Shown one piece after another: positions 5,399 to 6,017 of a stretch of 6,017 nucleotides of DNA. The stretch's first letter is position 1, and each line of letters opens with the position of its first letter. Source of the stretch: Octopus sinensis. Lineage: Eukaryota. The notes under the pieces are model-generated. The model was not told the DNA's origin, searched no databases, and saw only the letters and a program-made list of their open reading frames with translations. The position numbers were made by a program, and so were the translations under genes. The DNA lies in assembly GCF_006345805.1 (NCBI RefSeq), contig NW_021829511.1, positions 1 to 6,017 on the forward strand, given 5' to 3'.

Positions 5399-6017
5399 AT
5401 GAAATTCTGTGAGTCTGATATCATTTATACTTGTTTTCGCTTTATTGTTTAGTCTGGAGGTTGAGACTGTGCGCGTGGCATTCGCAGACAATCCAAAGCC
5501 AGTAAACATCATTGGCATTAACAACCGTCTTCAAAAGCAACAAGCTGATAGCTCTTAAATCTTTAATCGTTACAAGTAATTTCAGATTCCAAACGTCGAC
5601 TCTCTGGGGAAGAACGGATGGGTAAGACCGAAAAGAAAATACACTAGCAATTCTTGAATTGCCGTGAAACAAGTTTACCAAACTTCGAGAAGCAGAAGCT
5701 ACAGTAGTAGCGGCAGAGAAGGTGGAGAGAGAACATAGAATGTCTATGATCAAAGATAATTGTGTGCTTTCGCACGACCTCTTACCAAACTGATTCAGTA
5801 GCTCTCTACAATATCTGTGTGAAGCAGCTGAAGTGTGCCAGATGTGGCGGCGAAAACACTCCATTGTAGATTCACCCGATTTTCGTAGAGGTTGTTGTCA
5901 GAAACTGAAGTGCTTTGTGGTTGTAAATAAGAGGGCCACACGTAATGCAGTGTTTAATACGTTGGGGATGTGTATTTACAAGGAGAGATCCTCAGTGATA
6001 TCCAAGCCTTGCATTTA
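5399..6017 (+). pseudogene. Decayed, intron-interrupted ORF resembling the N-terminal region of a Penelope-like retroelement protein (continues beyond the window)
   Basis: ATG at 5399; removing 5409-5452 joins it to frame +1, which has only 4 stops (5503, 5623, 5665, 5791) in about 187 codons. FKSNKLIALKSL (5530-65) resembles the PLE 'C...LIPK.L' motif, and VFNTLGMCIYKERSSVISK (5950-6006) has the spacing of the PLE 'V.NLS...L...E..VLSKG' motif. Motifs are recalled, not searched. Confidence 0.45.
5409..5452 (+). other. Candidate 44-nt spliceosomal intron
   Basis: GTGAGT donor, CTGAT branch-like motif, T/C-rich tract and TTTAG acceptor; removal restores the reading frame. Confidence 0.5.

Noticed and set aside
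5665-5793. In-frame TGA codons read as selenocysteine, as reported for some PLE clades
   Set aside because: The same frame also has two TAA stops and no SECIS is visible in the window, so simple decay is more parsimonious.
5442-5864. 140-aa minus-strand ORF with LLNQFGKRSCESTQLSLIID (5742-5801), resembling the non-LTR RT motif QFGFR..RS
   Set aside because: The expected downstream LD..KAFD motif is absent in the frames I translated. The ORF is better explained as the antisense shadow of the plus-strand decayed ORF. An HMMER search would settle it.
5813-5866. KCARCGGEN in frame +2, resembling a gag zinc knuckle
   Set aside because: The His and final Cys and the preceding CCHC knuckle are missing, the frame closes soon after, and it is not the low-stop frame.
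4712-6016. 12-bp match AGCCTTGCATTT at 4712-4723 and 6005-6016 as the start of another terminal repeat
   Set aside because: A 12-mer match is expected by chance in a window this size, flanking bases do not extend it, and the window ends there.

Overview
Repeat-rich, AT-rich eukaryotic DNA with no intact protein-coding gene. The SINE families look like those I recall from octopus (coleoid cephalopod) genomes; this is inferred from sequence recognition, not from a search. Bases 1-1730 are almost entirely SINEs: the 3' part of a CORE-type SINE, two plus-strand copies of a second tRNA-derived SINE, and a five-unit head-to-tail minus-strand array of that second SINE. Bases 1860-4430 are mostly microsatellites, plus a tRNA-derived SINE head and a SINE tail fragment. 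Bases 4493-6017 hold the most interesting structure, probably remnants of a Penelope-like retroelement (PLE). These include a minimal type I hammerhead ribozyme (4632-4679) whose predicted cleavage site lies inside a GTAAGA splice-donor consensus and a 68-bp direct repeat carrying ATG plus a splice donor. They also include a 44-nt GT-AG intron candidate (5409-5452) whose removal puts that ATG in frame with a decayed ORF resembling a PLE N-terminus, running off the window end. Nearly all ORFs in the supplied track are artefacts of microsatellites or SINEs.
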